From positions 1,116,652-1,180,651 of the forward strand of contig NW_027192195.1 in assembly GCF_041956535.1 (NCBI RefSeq): DNA of 64,000 bases. The letters run 5' to 3'. Position numbers and translations under genes: made by a program. The DNA comes from Calcarisporiella thermophila CBS 279.70. Taxonomy: Eukaryota; Fungi; Calcarisporiellomycota. Positions within the stretch are counted from its first letter, which is position 1, and the number at the start of each line of letters is the position of its first letter. Shown here one piece after another: positions 13,762-24,984 of the stretch. The notes beneath the pieces were generated by a model that worked only from the letters and a program-made list of their open reading frames with translations, searched no databases and had not been told where the DNA came from.

Positions 13762-16223
13762 ATGGAAGCATACAAAGAAAGGTCCCAATTACCCGGAAGC
13801 AGGACTACTTTTCACTGAGTTACTTACCAGATCTTGATTACAGATTAGGGCATTTTGAGTTTATCTTGGACGAGAAGCAGAATGATATCCCAATTATTGA
13901 TTTGAAAGGGTTCCGAAGGCTATGTTTTAGAGGTATGTATACTCTAGGGTTACACACCTTGCCCTGGAGTTTGGCTAAAACGATCTACTCTGGTTGCTCT
14001 CATTAGGAATTCCCGACAAGCCTGGAATACGCCCAAAGTGTTGGAAGGCAAGTGGGCGCTCATTTTTGAATGAATACTTTTTTCATATTAATTTTTATTT
14101 TTCTTTTTGCCTAACAGCTCTTGATGGGCTACCTACCCCCAGAAAAGCGTTCATGGGAAAAAGTACTGGCTGATAAGAGAGCGACCTATTATGTGAGCAT
14201 GAGCTTATCCAGTTAAAGACGAGTTTCTCTGATTAATTCTTCTATTCTTCTTTTTTTTTAATAGAATTTTGTTAGGGACTTATTTGTAGAGCCAACTGGT
14301 GAAGAGCCCACGGTTGAAGACCATGTATGGATTTGCTCAAACAATGCGTATTTATTCTATTCTCCTTTAACAAGTGCAATTATCATGTTAGCCACTTAAC
14401 TCTGCGCCCGACTCAAAGTGGGCTACCTTTTTCCAGGACAATGTTATTCTTGAGCAAATTGATAAAGACGTCCGACGTACGCTTCCTGATTTTGCCTTTT
14501 TTCAGCTTCCTGTGCCACGCAGCGACCTCTCTCCTCTTTCGCCCAGAATACGTCCCACAAATAGCGATGAAAAAGTGAGCGATATGCAACTAGCTGCCCC
14601 TTGTGCCTCTCTCGGCACTGCTGTTGAAAGTTCTTCTCAAGTTTCACCCATCCGCACCCGACGAGCTCTCTTTAAACGCATACAGCACTTGAATAAGGAT
14701 TTCGGAGCGCGTGAGAGACCAGCACCCAAAAAATCATCCCCCCGGCACTCCATTGGTTCACCCCTAAGTCCCGATGACTTAGCGGGAGCAGACCAGACAA
14801 GCCAGGAGGACGGTGATGAGGAAGTTGACCTGCACTGGGAGGCCATCGAAAGAATTTTATTTATATATGCTAAACTGAATGCAGGCGTTGGATATGTGCA
14901 AGGAATGAACGAAATATTGGGGCCGATTTATTATACAATGGCAAATGATACAGATGAGAAGGCGAGAGGTATGCTTTCATCATCGATTCCTTTCCTTTTG
15001 TTCCAACTTATGTATATATCCGAATGTCTTTATAGCCCATGCCGAAGCCGACTCGTTTTTTGTGTTCACCGCGGTAATGGGGGAGATCATGGACCACTTT
15101 GTGCGCTCCCTGGATTCGGATGCTAATAGTGGAATTGGGGCAACAATGAAGCGGCTAAATTCGCGGTTAAAACAGCTGGATCTGGAATTATGGGAAGATA
15201 TGGTAGAGCCTTAGGTCATCCGCTCCAATTTAAGGATATATTGCTTATCACCATCCTTGCTTTGTGGTTTAGGAGCGTAAATCGCTTCAACCGGCATACT
15301 ATTCTTTCCGCTGGCTCACGGTCCTCTGCTCCCAAGAATTCAGTCTTCCCGACGTAATCAGGCTTTGGGATAGCCTCTTTGCCGATAGCCGTCCAAGTGG
15401 AGGCGATAGCGAGGGACAACAGCGCGGGTTTGAATTTTTGCTCGATTTCTGTTGTGCGATGATCATTTGTGTAAGGGAAGAGTTGATTCAGGGGAGTTTT
15501 GCTGAAAACATCAAGCTTTTACAGGTAAATATCTTGGGCCGTAGCAAACAATTTGTATCACTCATTCAGCTCACGGCATTTTTTTTTCGATGCTTTAAGA
15601 ACTACCCTATCAACGACGTGGCTATAGTCCTCCAACAAGCATACAAGCTGCGGGATATCCGTCTCTCAACGGTTAACATGGAGGAACCCATCCCACCAGA
15701 ATCAAATAGTACAGAGAAACATAAGCTAGAGAATGAGAAGGCCGCTGACCCAGATAAGTCAAGAGACACACGAAGAGAGACCGTGGATGAAGCCACCAGG
15801 TATGCTGAACTCGAAAAAGGAATGACACTACCCGACAACACCACCCTCGCTGCGAACAATGTCCCTCGTGGTAAGAACAGTCTCAACTCTTCGCCCACAA
15901 AGAAACTCGGCTCCGCGATAGGAAACGGGTTGGAGTCACTGAGAAAGGGGAACAATAACTCTATGGAAGAGATTTGGAGAAATCTGGGATGGTCTTCGTC
16001 ACGCGAAGAAAAGCCGCTCAGTAAACTGTGGAATCGCCCGCCGACTGCAGCTTTACAAAAGGAGGTTGCGACGGATACAACGCCGCAGAGCAAGGCCGCC
16101 GAGCGTGCGAGTGCGACAGCAAATCGAGCAGCGTCGGCAGCTAGAAAGGCTTTGGTGGATGGGCGAGGGTTCTTCAAACGAATGGGCAAAACCTTTTCGG
16201 GGTCTAACGAACCATCCGGATAG
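13762..16223 (+). CDS. Rab GTPase-activating TBC domain protein (TBC1D13-like), multi-exon
   Basis: GIPD..GIR..CWKLLMGYLP, EQIDKDVRRTLPD, IYAKLNAGVGYVQGMNE, AEADSFF, YSFRWLT.L..QEF.LPDVIRLWDSL. Confidence 0.92.
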
Positions 16224-16459
16224 TTCCCACTAATTTATTCTCATCACGCGGTAACATAATATCTCTCGATCTATTTTATCTAACCACTGACTCCATTGTT
16301 AATTGTGTGTGTGTTCCTATTGTAATATATCTAATATAATGTTCATCTATATAATGTTTGCTGGGATTCATGGAAATCAGAAATGGCCGACCAATTTAGT
16401 GCCGCTGTTACTCCTCGTTTGGGAAAAAAATGTGTGCTAAAAGTAAAACTCAAAAATTC

Positions 16460-16531
16460 TGGACGTTCCGGGAATTGAACCCGGGGCCTTCTGTATGCGA
16501 AACAGATGTAATACCACTATACCAAACGCCC
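16460..16531 (-). tRNA. tRNA-Ala(CGC)
   Basis: GGGCGTT/AACGTCC acceptor stem with G3:U70; anticodon arm TCTGT-TTCGCAT-ACAGA; GGTTCAATTCC T-loop; T5 terminator downstream. Confidence 0.95.
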
Positions 16532-16611
16532 AATCATTGAACTTTGTAATCGTAATGTAATAGCTGCGGATGCAAATCACGTGATAAGTTTCAGCATTTT
16601 AGGAGAGATGG

Positions 16612-16946
16612 GGGGGAGGGTTAGTGTAGTGGACTATTCCTGGGATGCCGATGAGAACGGCGTGGGTTCGAATCCCACTTCCCCCACCAGCACTTACTCT
16701 TAGTTTGTGGCTGCTATCCACTTGATCAGAAGCTGAGTCTTGATTATTGAAAAGATCGCCCTTACGATAAGTACAAAAGATTACATCGGTTTCACGTACA
16801 TGCTATTCACGACAACTACGATACACGCATATCGATTGAAAGTCTATCGATCAAGGACCTATATCTCGTTATGTTAAGTCCATTGACATTAACTTCATGT
16901 AATATATGGAAATTAAATAAAAAGTTTCCATTGAAGATCAAAAAAA
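16612..16946 (+). mobile_element. tRNA-derived SINE, full-length copy 1
   Basis: A box TAGTGTAGTGG, B box GGTTCGAATCC and A8 tail. 16-bp direct repeat ATTTTAGGAGAGATGG at 16596-16611 and 16947-16962. Homologous to 17452-17749 and 57968-58314. Confidence 0.88.
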
Positions 16947-16962
16947 ATTTTAGGAGAGATGG

Positions 16963-17225
16963 ATCCAAAGAATACAAAATGCGCAAAGAGAACGCATACC
17001 ACCGCCATGGTATCACTTAGCATCCATATTCTTACGGAACACTACGTCTCAAATTATTTAGACATAGGTATACTCACAACCGACTACGGCAAATAGAAGC
17101 TGATGAGAAGAGATGGCATCTGGCCAAGCATATACCATGCGTGGCGGGAGCTGGATGGGCAGCTAGATATCGACAGAAGAATTACGCCGATGGAAGTCTT
17201 GGCCCTACCGGTCAACAGGAACAAA
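16963..17225 (+). mobile_element. Degenerate non-LTR (L1/Tx1-like) ORF2 relic, post-RT region
   Basis: Interrupted translation RWIQRIQNAQRERIPPPWYHLASIFL...DIGILTTDYG...IWPSIYHAWRELDG...EVLALP parallels SWIPKF...TPLWASIL...MSIFATTF of the RT ORF at 63159-63926. Confidence 0.5.
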
Positions 17226-17451
17226 TACTTCCTTGAGAGAGGTCAACCACTGCAATCTCGTGGAGAACAACATGGGCTCTAGGTCCTGGGTAACTTCTTC
17301 ATAACACTTAATCCGACATTTCCAAGCACGGAACTCTTTAAATTATATCCCATGTTTTCTAGTACTTAATAAGCTTGTTCGGAAGCACATTTGTAATATA
17401 TATTAAATAAACCACAGGACGCAAGTTCCCGCTTCCTTAGAGGAAAAAAAA

Positions 17452-17749
17452 TGTAGTGGACTAACCTAGGGATGCCGAAGGGAACGGCGTGGGTTCGAAC
17501 CCCGCTTCCGCCACCAACGCTCTCTTCTAGCTTGTGGTTACTGTCCACTTGATCAAGTTTGAGTCTCTATTACTGGAAAGATCCCTCCTACTAAAGTAAA
17601 ATGATTACATCGATATCACCTACACGCTATTCACAACAATGATATATGCCTATCGATTACCGCCTATCGATCAAGATCTATATCTCATTAAGTCCGTTGA
17701 TATTAACTTCATGTATTATATGGAAATTAATAAAATTATGTATAGAAAA
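17452..17749 (+). mobile_element. tRNA-derived SINE, copy 2 (older; 5' end truncated or disrupted)
   Basis: TGTAGTGGACTA...GCCG..CGGCGTGGGTTCGAACCCCGC...CACCA head; body colinear with copy 1 through TGGAAATTAA. Confidence 0.82.
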
Positions 17750-18436
17750 TACGTATTCGATAACTTAACATTCATCGTTATCGGTGTGTGTTTCATACAC
17801 GTTAGGGACCACGATCTCGGAATTATCCCAGCAAAGATTAGGTAGTCTTGTTATTGCAGTACCTGCGGCCCTAACGATGGCGAGGAGGAACGTAATTGTA
17901 AGAGCCGCATAAGAATATCGATGTTTACTGAATTTAACTTAACTTTTGTTAATCTGCTTATTGTTCTTGTAAATAAAATATTATAAATAAAAAGCTTTAA
18001 AATAAATAATGGATAAAATAATTTGTAGTATCGCTATTTTTATATATTTTTTTTAAAAAAAAGACGTTTTCTGTAAACAAAATTCCCATATTATGCATGA
18101 CATTAATTGATACGTGCAAGAATTGTATCACGAGCAATTTTCATGTTTTTACCTTTGCTTTAATTTATTTTACAACATTCAATCATTTTCTATTTTCTGT
18201 ATAGTAGGTAGCGTGTTTCACTACAGCTCTCACATATGGCTTCTGCTCAAGTTATTTCACATCTCTGCTGGCCAATGAAACGAAAACATATTTTTTAGAA
18301 TTTTACAGATATTTTCTATATTACTTTTGGACTTGTATAGAGAGTTATATTTTTTACAAGGTCAGTAGAGAATTAATTTTCAATATTATTCAACTACTTA
18401 TCCTCAGATGTTGGAGTTGGATCCTCTTGTGATGGC

Positions 18437-20470
18437 TTATCCACCAGTTTTTTTTGAAAGTCTATAATGTCGGATCAATAAACTCACTAGAAGAGTTGCT
18501 CCAGCGAGTGCAAGATTAGTGAAGTTAACCAACCGGATGGATTGTAAGTATGAGTTCAACACAGTTGCTTGCTGTTCTTTCGTCAGAGTAAGAATGTAAA
18601 TGTAATTTGTTTTGACGCTGTTGGTATCAACATTTGCGGGGAGTACACCTGCAGCGCGTCGAGATTCTAGGAACTTCACGAAGAAACAAATTTAATGCTG
18701 AATAAAATGCTGACTAGCGAGTTGTTGAAGACAGAAGACCCAATAGCAATCCCAATCATGTTACCGGTCGCACGGAAAAATTGTGTGAGGGCAGATACTA
18801 GGGAAACACTAGGAATAAATTTTATAGAAAAAAATGAGCTCATTGCCTCTATCCGAGAATTAGAGGGATCCTACGCTTTGTATTCTACTGCACTCTGCGC
18901 AGCAGTAATTAAAGGCTGCATGATCAAACCATCCCCGGCACCAACAAGAATTAAATACCCGATCTCCTGCGCTCGTGTTGTGTTTTCATCAAGTAAGGTT
19001 AGCAAACCCATCCCGACTATTGTGATTGAAGTGCCTATCCAGAGAAGGAAGCGATAGCGACCTGTGAATGCTGTAAGAAATCTAGCAATAATTGAAGTGA
19101 CTACGACTGCAAACATCATTCGGATAAGCTCCAAGCCAGCTGTGGTGGGTGAAGCGCCTTTGACCATTTGAAGGTAGACTGTTATGTAGGTAAACATTCC
19201 AAAGAAAGAGCCATTAAAGAGAACTTTGTAGATAAGGGCGGCGCTCACAGTTACATGTTTAAACACGTGGGCTATTAAATTTTTATATGAATAATGTGCA
19301 ATGTGTGTGAGGGGGAAGGGGGGGGGGAGAGAACGTCAGAAATCGTGATAATAATAAAGTGTTTGATTTCACTTACTGGAAATGACGGGTTCGACTGCCA
19401 CCTTCATTTCAATCCAAATGAACACGACAAGCATAATACTGCCTGGAATTAAAGTGCCGAGCATAGGACCACTCGACCATTCGTAGTCATTTCTACCCCA
19501 GCTAATTGCTAGAAGAATGCCCACTAAACTCACTGAGAGCACATCACATCCATACCAATCGATACGTCGTAGTTTCTCCGAAAGTGAACCTTTAACGGCC
19601 GGGAGCTTCAGTGAGTAAAGGAGAACAAGCCCAGATACTACACCAAATGGAACATTGATGTAGAAAGTCCATCTCCACGAAACGTGGTCAGAAAACACGC
19701 CTCAAAGCAAGAGACCAATTATTGAGGAGACGGCAAGTACCGAACTATTGAACCCTTGGTATTTCCCTCGATCTCGAATCGGAACCACGTCAGAAATAAT
19801 GATAACATCCATTGTTGTGATACCGCCAGCACCGATTCCCGCGATGGCACGCCCAATTGCCAGTGCGGCCATGTTAGGAGCAGCCCCGCAAATTAGGTTT
19901 CCAACTTCGAACATGATAAGGGCAAACAACATGGCTGCAGAAATAAAGTTGAGTGGGTTGAGTCCGGCAGTGGGTGGGCAGAGGGCCAATGAAAAACGAA
20001 GCTTCTCCTACCATTGCGCCGGCCGAAAATGTCAGATAACTCTCAGAACATCGGTTGATATAAAGTCTGAGTGAGCATAAATGCATTGGTGAGCCAAGAT
20101 ATCTGATTGAGCGAGTGGAATTCTTCGACAATATTAGGAACACGGGTTGCGACTATGAGGGAGTCGATGGCCACGAGGAAAGTAACTGTTGATATACTAT
20201 ACCGTGACAATCAAATTCATTATCCACGCAAAAATGGAGTTTAGAAGTATACTCCTTACCATGAATACACAATCATAAGTTGTCGAAATGGCAAGAGTCT
20301 TGCCTGCGAGCCTTCTATTAGTTCCAGGTCTATTTCTTTCTGAGTGTTTGTTTCGGTATCGTTGCCAGTAGAACTATTCTCATTCATTTGTTCAATCTCC
20401 AATCCATTTACACCATTTTTTCGAGTTCATCACGGTTGGTATGTTTTACACTTGCATCATCATCTGCCAT
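18437..20470 (-). pseudogene. MFS drug:H+ antiporter (DHA2, 14-TMS) pseudogene
   Basis: LDS.IVAT, SDIFGRR, GRAIAGIGAGG, RDRGKYQG and SWRWTFYINVP motifs. In-frame TGA at 20043-45 and 19702-04, plus frameshifts near 18650-18700. Confidence 0.85.
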
Positions 20471-22046
20471 TTCTTTTGTATTTTTAAAATTGTAAAACAG
20501 GTAGAAATTGTAAAATGGATCACTATTTTTATACTGATTTTAAGTTCCTGAAGATCCGGGCTCTAGTTTACACAAGACCACATCTAAGTAGTATAACCAC
20601 AATTCCTCTGCAAAGATGGCATTTAACGGCTAAGAAATGTTGCAATGCGTGGAGCAAAACACTAATTTGCACGTGGAATAGTGATCTAGGTTGTGGCCCA
20701 AAAATAAAATCGATAATCTCGTGCGTGGTTATTCGGGATGCTTCAGTGATTTTATTTCTCGCTAATGTTGGTGAATCCCTCGGTAATTTAAGCGGAGTCG
20801 AAGATGAAGAGACAAGCGGCTCTTGAGAACAAAACTGATTCGGGAATACCTGGGAAAATGTTTTCTCCTTTTATCCGTAATACCCCGCATATTGACTGTA
20901 ACTCTTCAAAATGTGTCCAGCCAAGACACATTTGCTGTACCTGTACAGGATTGAAAAAAAACAAAGATAATGTTTTGGGTTCACGCGATTACGATTTATA
21001 AGAAGCAACAGAGAGTAGAGGATATGATTAGATTAGAGTGAACCCAATCAAAAACAAAAAAAAAAATCGTTTGTTTTGTTATAAACACGAGATTTCTAAA
21101 TAACAAAACAAAAATGAAAAATATACGAAGCTCTTAAGTATATGTTATTTCTAACAAATATATAATGTCATATTTGTGTATGTATTATATACATGAGAAT
21201 TACCTGAGGGCCACCGAGTAAATCACAATGCCATTGAATGAGATCTTAACCAATACAGTATCTTTTTAACTGTATCAATTTAGGGAATATAATCTTTGGG
21301 TGTAAGATAGGTTTTAGAAGAGCCGTGTGAGAAACGAACTATGAAATTACATCTTAGCGTTTTGAGCTAATATTTCTCATTGAATAAGATAAGCTTCGCT
21401 ATGGCAAGTTATCGACTACGTCAATCTTTATAAATTGAGTATGGTGGGGAACAACAAGAAGTGTTCAGATGATCCCTGACAGCTTTTAACTTATCGAGTG
21501 GTTTCTGGTTATTTTGAATAATACAAGAAAATGCAAGCTACAAAATTTAAGAACATTCAACCAGTCGATCTTTACTCAGGGGTCGCTTTAGCATTCTAAC
21601 CCTTTGCATTACACTCATGGCCTTACCACATAGTATATCATACTCGCATTCCATCTTGAATTTCCTGCAATCCACCAGTGCCTCTTGCCTATCCATTAAA
21701 ATACGTATTATGCCTTAAACTTGATCGATTTCGACTTGCCCAAACTGTTGCGTGAAGAACCCAAGTGCCATGGCCAAGCAGTTTGACTACGAGCTACAAC
21801 GAGGAGAAGTTTAAAAAAGGAGGATGCAATGAAATCGACTGGAAAGAAAGTTTTATCGACAAATGGACAGGGGAATCTGGTTGGATATCAAAGAAAAACT
21901 GATTCAATTTTGAGTGATGGCTTGAATTTATTGAAATTGTGAAGGTATTAATCTACTGATGAGGAGAGAAAAAGAATGCAAATTATCTGAAAACAAGAGT
22001 AGGAATCATAACACTGGGGAAAAGACAACTCTATGTAAAAAAGAAA

Positions 22047-23036
22047 TTATTTCGTATTTTTCTGCTTGTTCCAAAGTTTGTGAGCAGAGCACACTGCGGA
22101 TATGAAGCCGCAGATTGCGTAGAAACCATCAGAGAACTGACACTGAAAGAGATCATATCCTACACACAAGAAATCCACATTATTGTTGTTTGTTCGTGTT
22201 TTGTAAAGTTAACGAAAATCAAGCCGAAACTTACCACAAAATCCTAAATCACACATCAGCTTCACAAAGGAAATATCCGCCCAGTACAACTTCTCGCCCA
22301 CCTCTTTTCCTTTCTTCTGTTCTCTGCGCAGCCGCGCAGCCTCTAGCCTGTTTTCTCGTAAATCAATCAGAATACTTGTAAACCAAAGCCGATATGACCA
22401 TGGCTCCGCACGTTTGGCAGTTGCAGGGGTGAGCACCCCTATACGACCAAGGCAGTAGAGATCATCCGCGAGGCAATTCCCGAACCCAACAATAGCATTA
22501 ATCCACCCTAGGTGATAATCTATCCAAACATTGGTCCATAATGAGCCCGGTGGAGGTGGGATCCGACTACCCTCGAGGTATTCAGCTAGGACTGCATAGG
22601 ATTCAATGCCATGCCCTAGACGCAGGATTTTGCGGGTTGTCGAAAAGTTGGAGATAAGGGAGGAGAGCCGTTTGCGTAATTCCTTGAAGCGAACGGTATT
22701 TTGCTTGAGAACATAAATTAGCAGGAGCTTACAAAAGTATTGGATGAGTTTCAGCGTCTTGTCACGACCGTCGGTGAGCACGAGCATGCGGCGGAATATG
22801 GCGAACGTGGATGGGGAGGGTTTCTTTGCGGGTATAGGCGAAGATGCTGCGAGATGGATGCTACTCTTTTCATTCAGAGGAGGTGTGGGCGGGTGCGATG
22901 GAATGGCCATAATGGAAGGATCCCCTATATGGTTGAGCTTGTGGATGATGAAATCAGGGGATGAACCGGAATTTTTCCTTTGATGATGGCAGTTTTGAAT
23001 CTGGAGACCCTCTTTTACAACCGCATGGGGAGACAT
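22047..23036 (-). CDS. PEX11: Peroxisomal biogenesis factor 11 family protein, 2 exons
   Basis: DGRDKTLKLIQY, FSTTRKILRLG, ADDLYCL, FVKLMCDL, G.ISA..S.HKLW. Confidence 0.85.
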
Positions 23037-23933
23037 TCTACGAGGGTTGAATGGCTTGCTCTGCAGAGCGCAAAGAAAAACATACAAGCAAAATAAATAA
23101 AAAGCACTTGCTCGTGTCAAAAAGGTCGGTGAAACTTTGGCTTGTATTTCATATTCTAATTTTATTTCCCCTTCTTCATATGACAGTAAATACATTATAC
23201 TCCTCGCATTACATAAAGAGAATTCCCTCAATGCCGAAAGTTTAAACTCGATTCTGCCTGGGTCTCCATTCACCTCATTTCTTCTTTCTCGTACCCAAAT
23301 GTCGATTGCATAGCTTGAGGATGGGTTCTAAATAAACAACTAATATATAAAAAATACCACCCCATAGCGGGACCTATTTTCGCTCGGCCTTTAAAATAAT
23401 AGATTAATACCAAGGAAGCTTATTAATGATATAAGATCCTGTTGCGTTACAAAGAAATTTTCTTTTTCTTTGTATACATTTATTGATGAACAAGTATTGA
23501 ATAATGGTATAGTCAAATATCATTGTATTTTTCTCTTTAATTGGCAAACACAAAAGCCGGGAATCCGTCCATCAACGCGTTGTGGATTTTCTATCAAATG
23601 CTATTGAACATCGAAAATACGTGTGACCAGCAAAGGCTAATTGAGAGGTGAAGTGAGGAAAAGAAATTTGTACAAACAGTACCTAAGCAAATTTCCGTCT
23701 ATTTTCGAAAGTCGGCTTTTGGCAATTAGTAATTAGTAGCGTAGGATGCAAACTACATTATTTTGGTATCCCAATATATCAGAGTATATAACAAGCTGTC
23801 AAGAACCCTTTAAAATTAAAGTCCGTATTAGTAAAAGAGGAATGAATGCCGATAAAAGAATGTGTTTATTAATATTGAGGACAAAGAAGCAATGGGTAAT
23901 TGAACAGATGAATATCGGTATTCCCCCACCTAA

Positions 23934-24984
23934 TCATTCGACCCGTCCCCGCAAAAACACCTTCAAGGTGTCAGGGCACAGGTCCCAAGGTGTCTCCTTC
24001 TGTTTGTTCTCCCAGTCCATACTCGACCCAGCCTCTATCAGAATAAGTGCTACATCTCCATGTCCTTCTTCACATGCGAGATGCAGCGGTGTGTTCCATA
24101 CAACGTCGCGAGCTCGCAAGCGTGCTCCGCTCTCGATGAGCAGTCGCACGATAGCGGTGTGACCAAGTGAAGATGCGCGGTGCAAAGGCGTTTGACTTAA
24201 GTTGTCTAGGGGAGAGTGAGAGGAGCCTTCTTTGAGGAGAAGACGTGCAATCTGGAGAGTATAGAGGGTCAGGGATAAACTAAGAGGCGGTTATAACATG
24301 CAGAACAGGTGCTTACCTCAGGTCTGTTTTTTGACGCAGCATAATGTCTATCAGAAGAGAAATATTGCATGAGTTATAGTTGAAGATAAACTGGCTACCT
24401 TAGCCGTATTGCATAAAAGGGCAGCAAGGAGGCGGTATATACATACAGTGGTGTTTGTCCTCTATGGTTCGATGCGTTTACGTCAGCCTTTGCCTTGATC
24501 AGCGCATTCACTACATCCAAATGTCCAGCGGAGGCTATTTCCAAATGTTCCATATAATGAGTACCATGATCCCATGCTGTTTCTCCAAAAAAAGAATCTG
24601 TTATTTACCTGCAATTAGAAGCGGCGTCCACCCTTCCTAGAAGAAGACACGAAATTAAAACAATAAGTATTGATTTCGAAAGACGTGTAATCCGAAATCT
24701 AACACACTTCATCTTTTTCATCCACATTAGCTCCATGCCCTAGAAGAATTTCCACAACTTCCAATTTTCCCCCGCTTGCTAAAATAAAAAGACAATACAT
24801 AATCGCACTAAATCTTGCGTGAATTCAGGGTCAATGCATAATGCTTACCCGCCCAATGTAAAGGCGTACGCTCGTCCTCATCCTTGCGATGGATGGCGCC
24901 TGCATCCGCATCGATGGCATCGCGAACAGCAGAGAAGTTGCCCTCCCGCGCCAGTTCCGAAAGCGGTTTGTCTTGGCTCGTCAT
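23934..24984 (-). CDS. NAS6: Ankyrin-repeat proteasome assembly chaperone (gankyrin/Nas6/PSMD10-like), multi-exon
   Basis: DEDERTPLHWA, GWTPLLIA, HYAASKNR, QTPLHRASSLG, NTPLHLACEEG. Confidence 0.8.

Noticed and set aside
16612-16689. Element head as tmRNA or tRNA-Sec
   Set aside because: No G3:U70 pair, no internal tag-coding loop, no TCA anticodon or extended acceptor. The A-tail, TSD and multiple copies indicate a SINE.
19702-20045. TGA recoding (Gly or Sec) in the MFS gene
   Set aside because: The gene also has frameshifts, neighbouring genes use TGA as a stop, and no SECIS was recognised.
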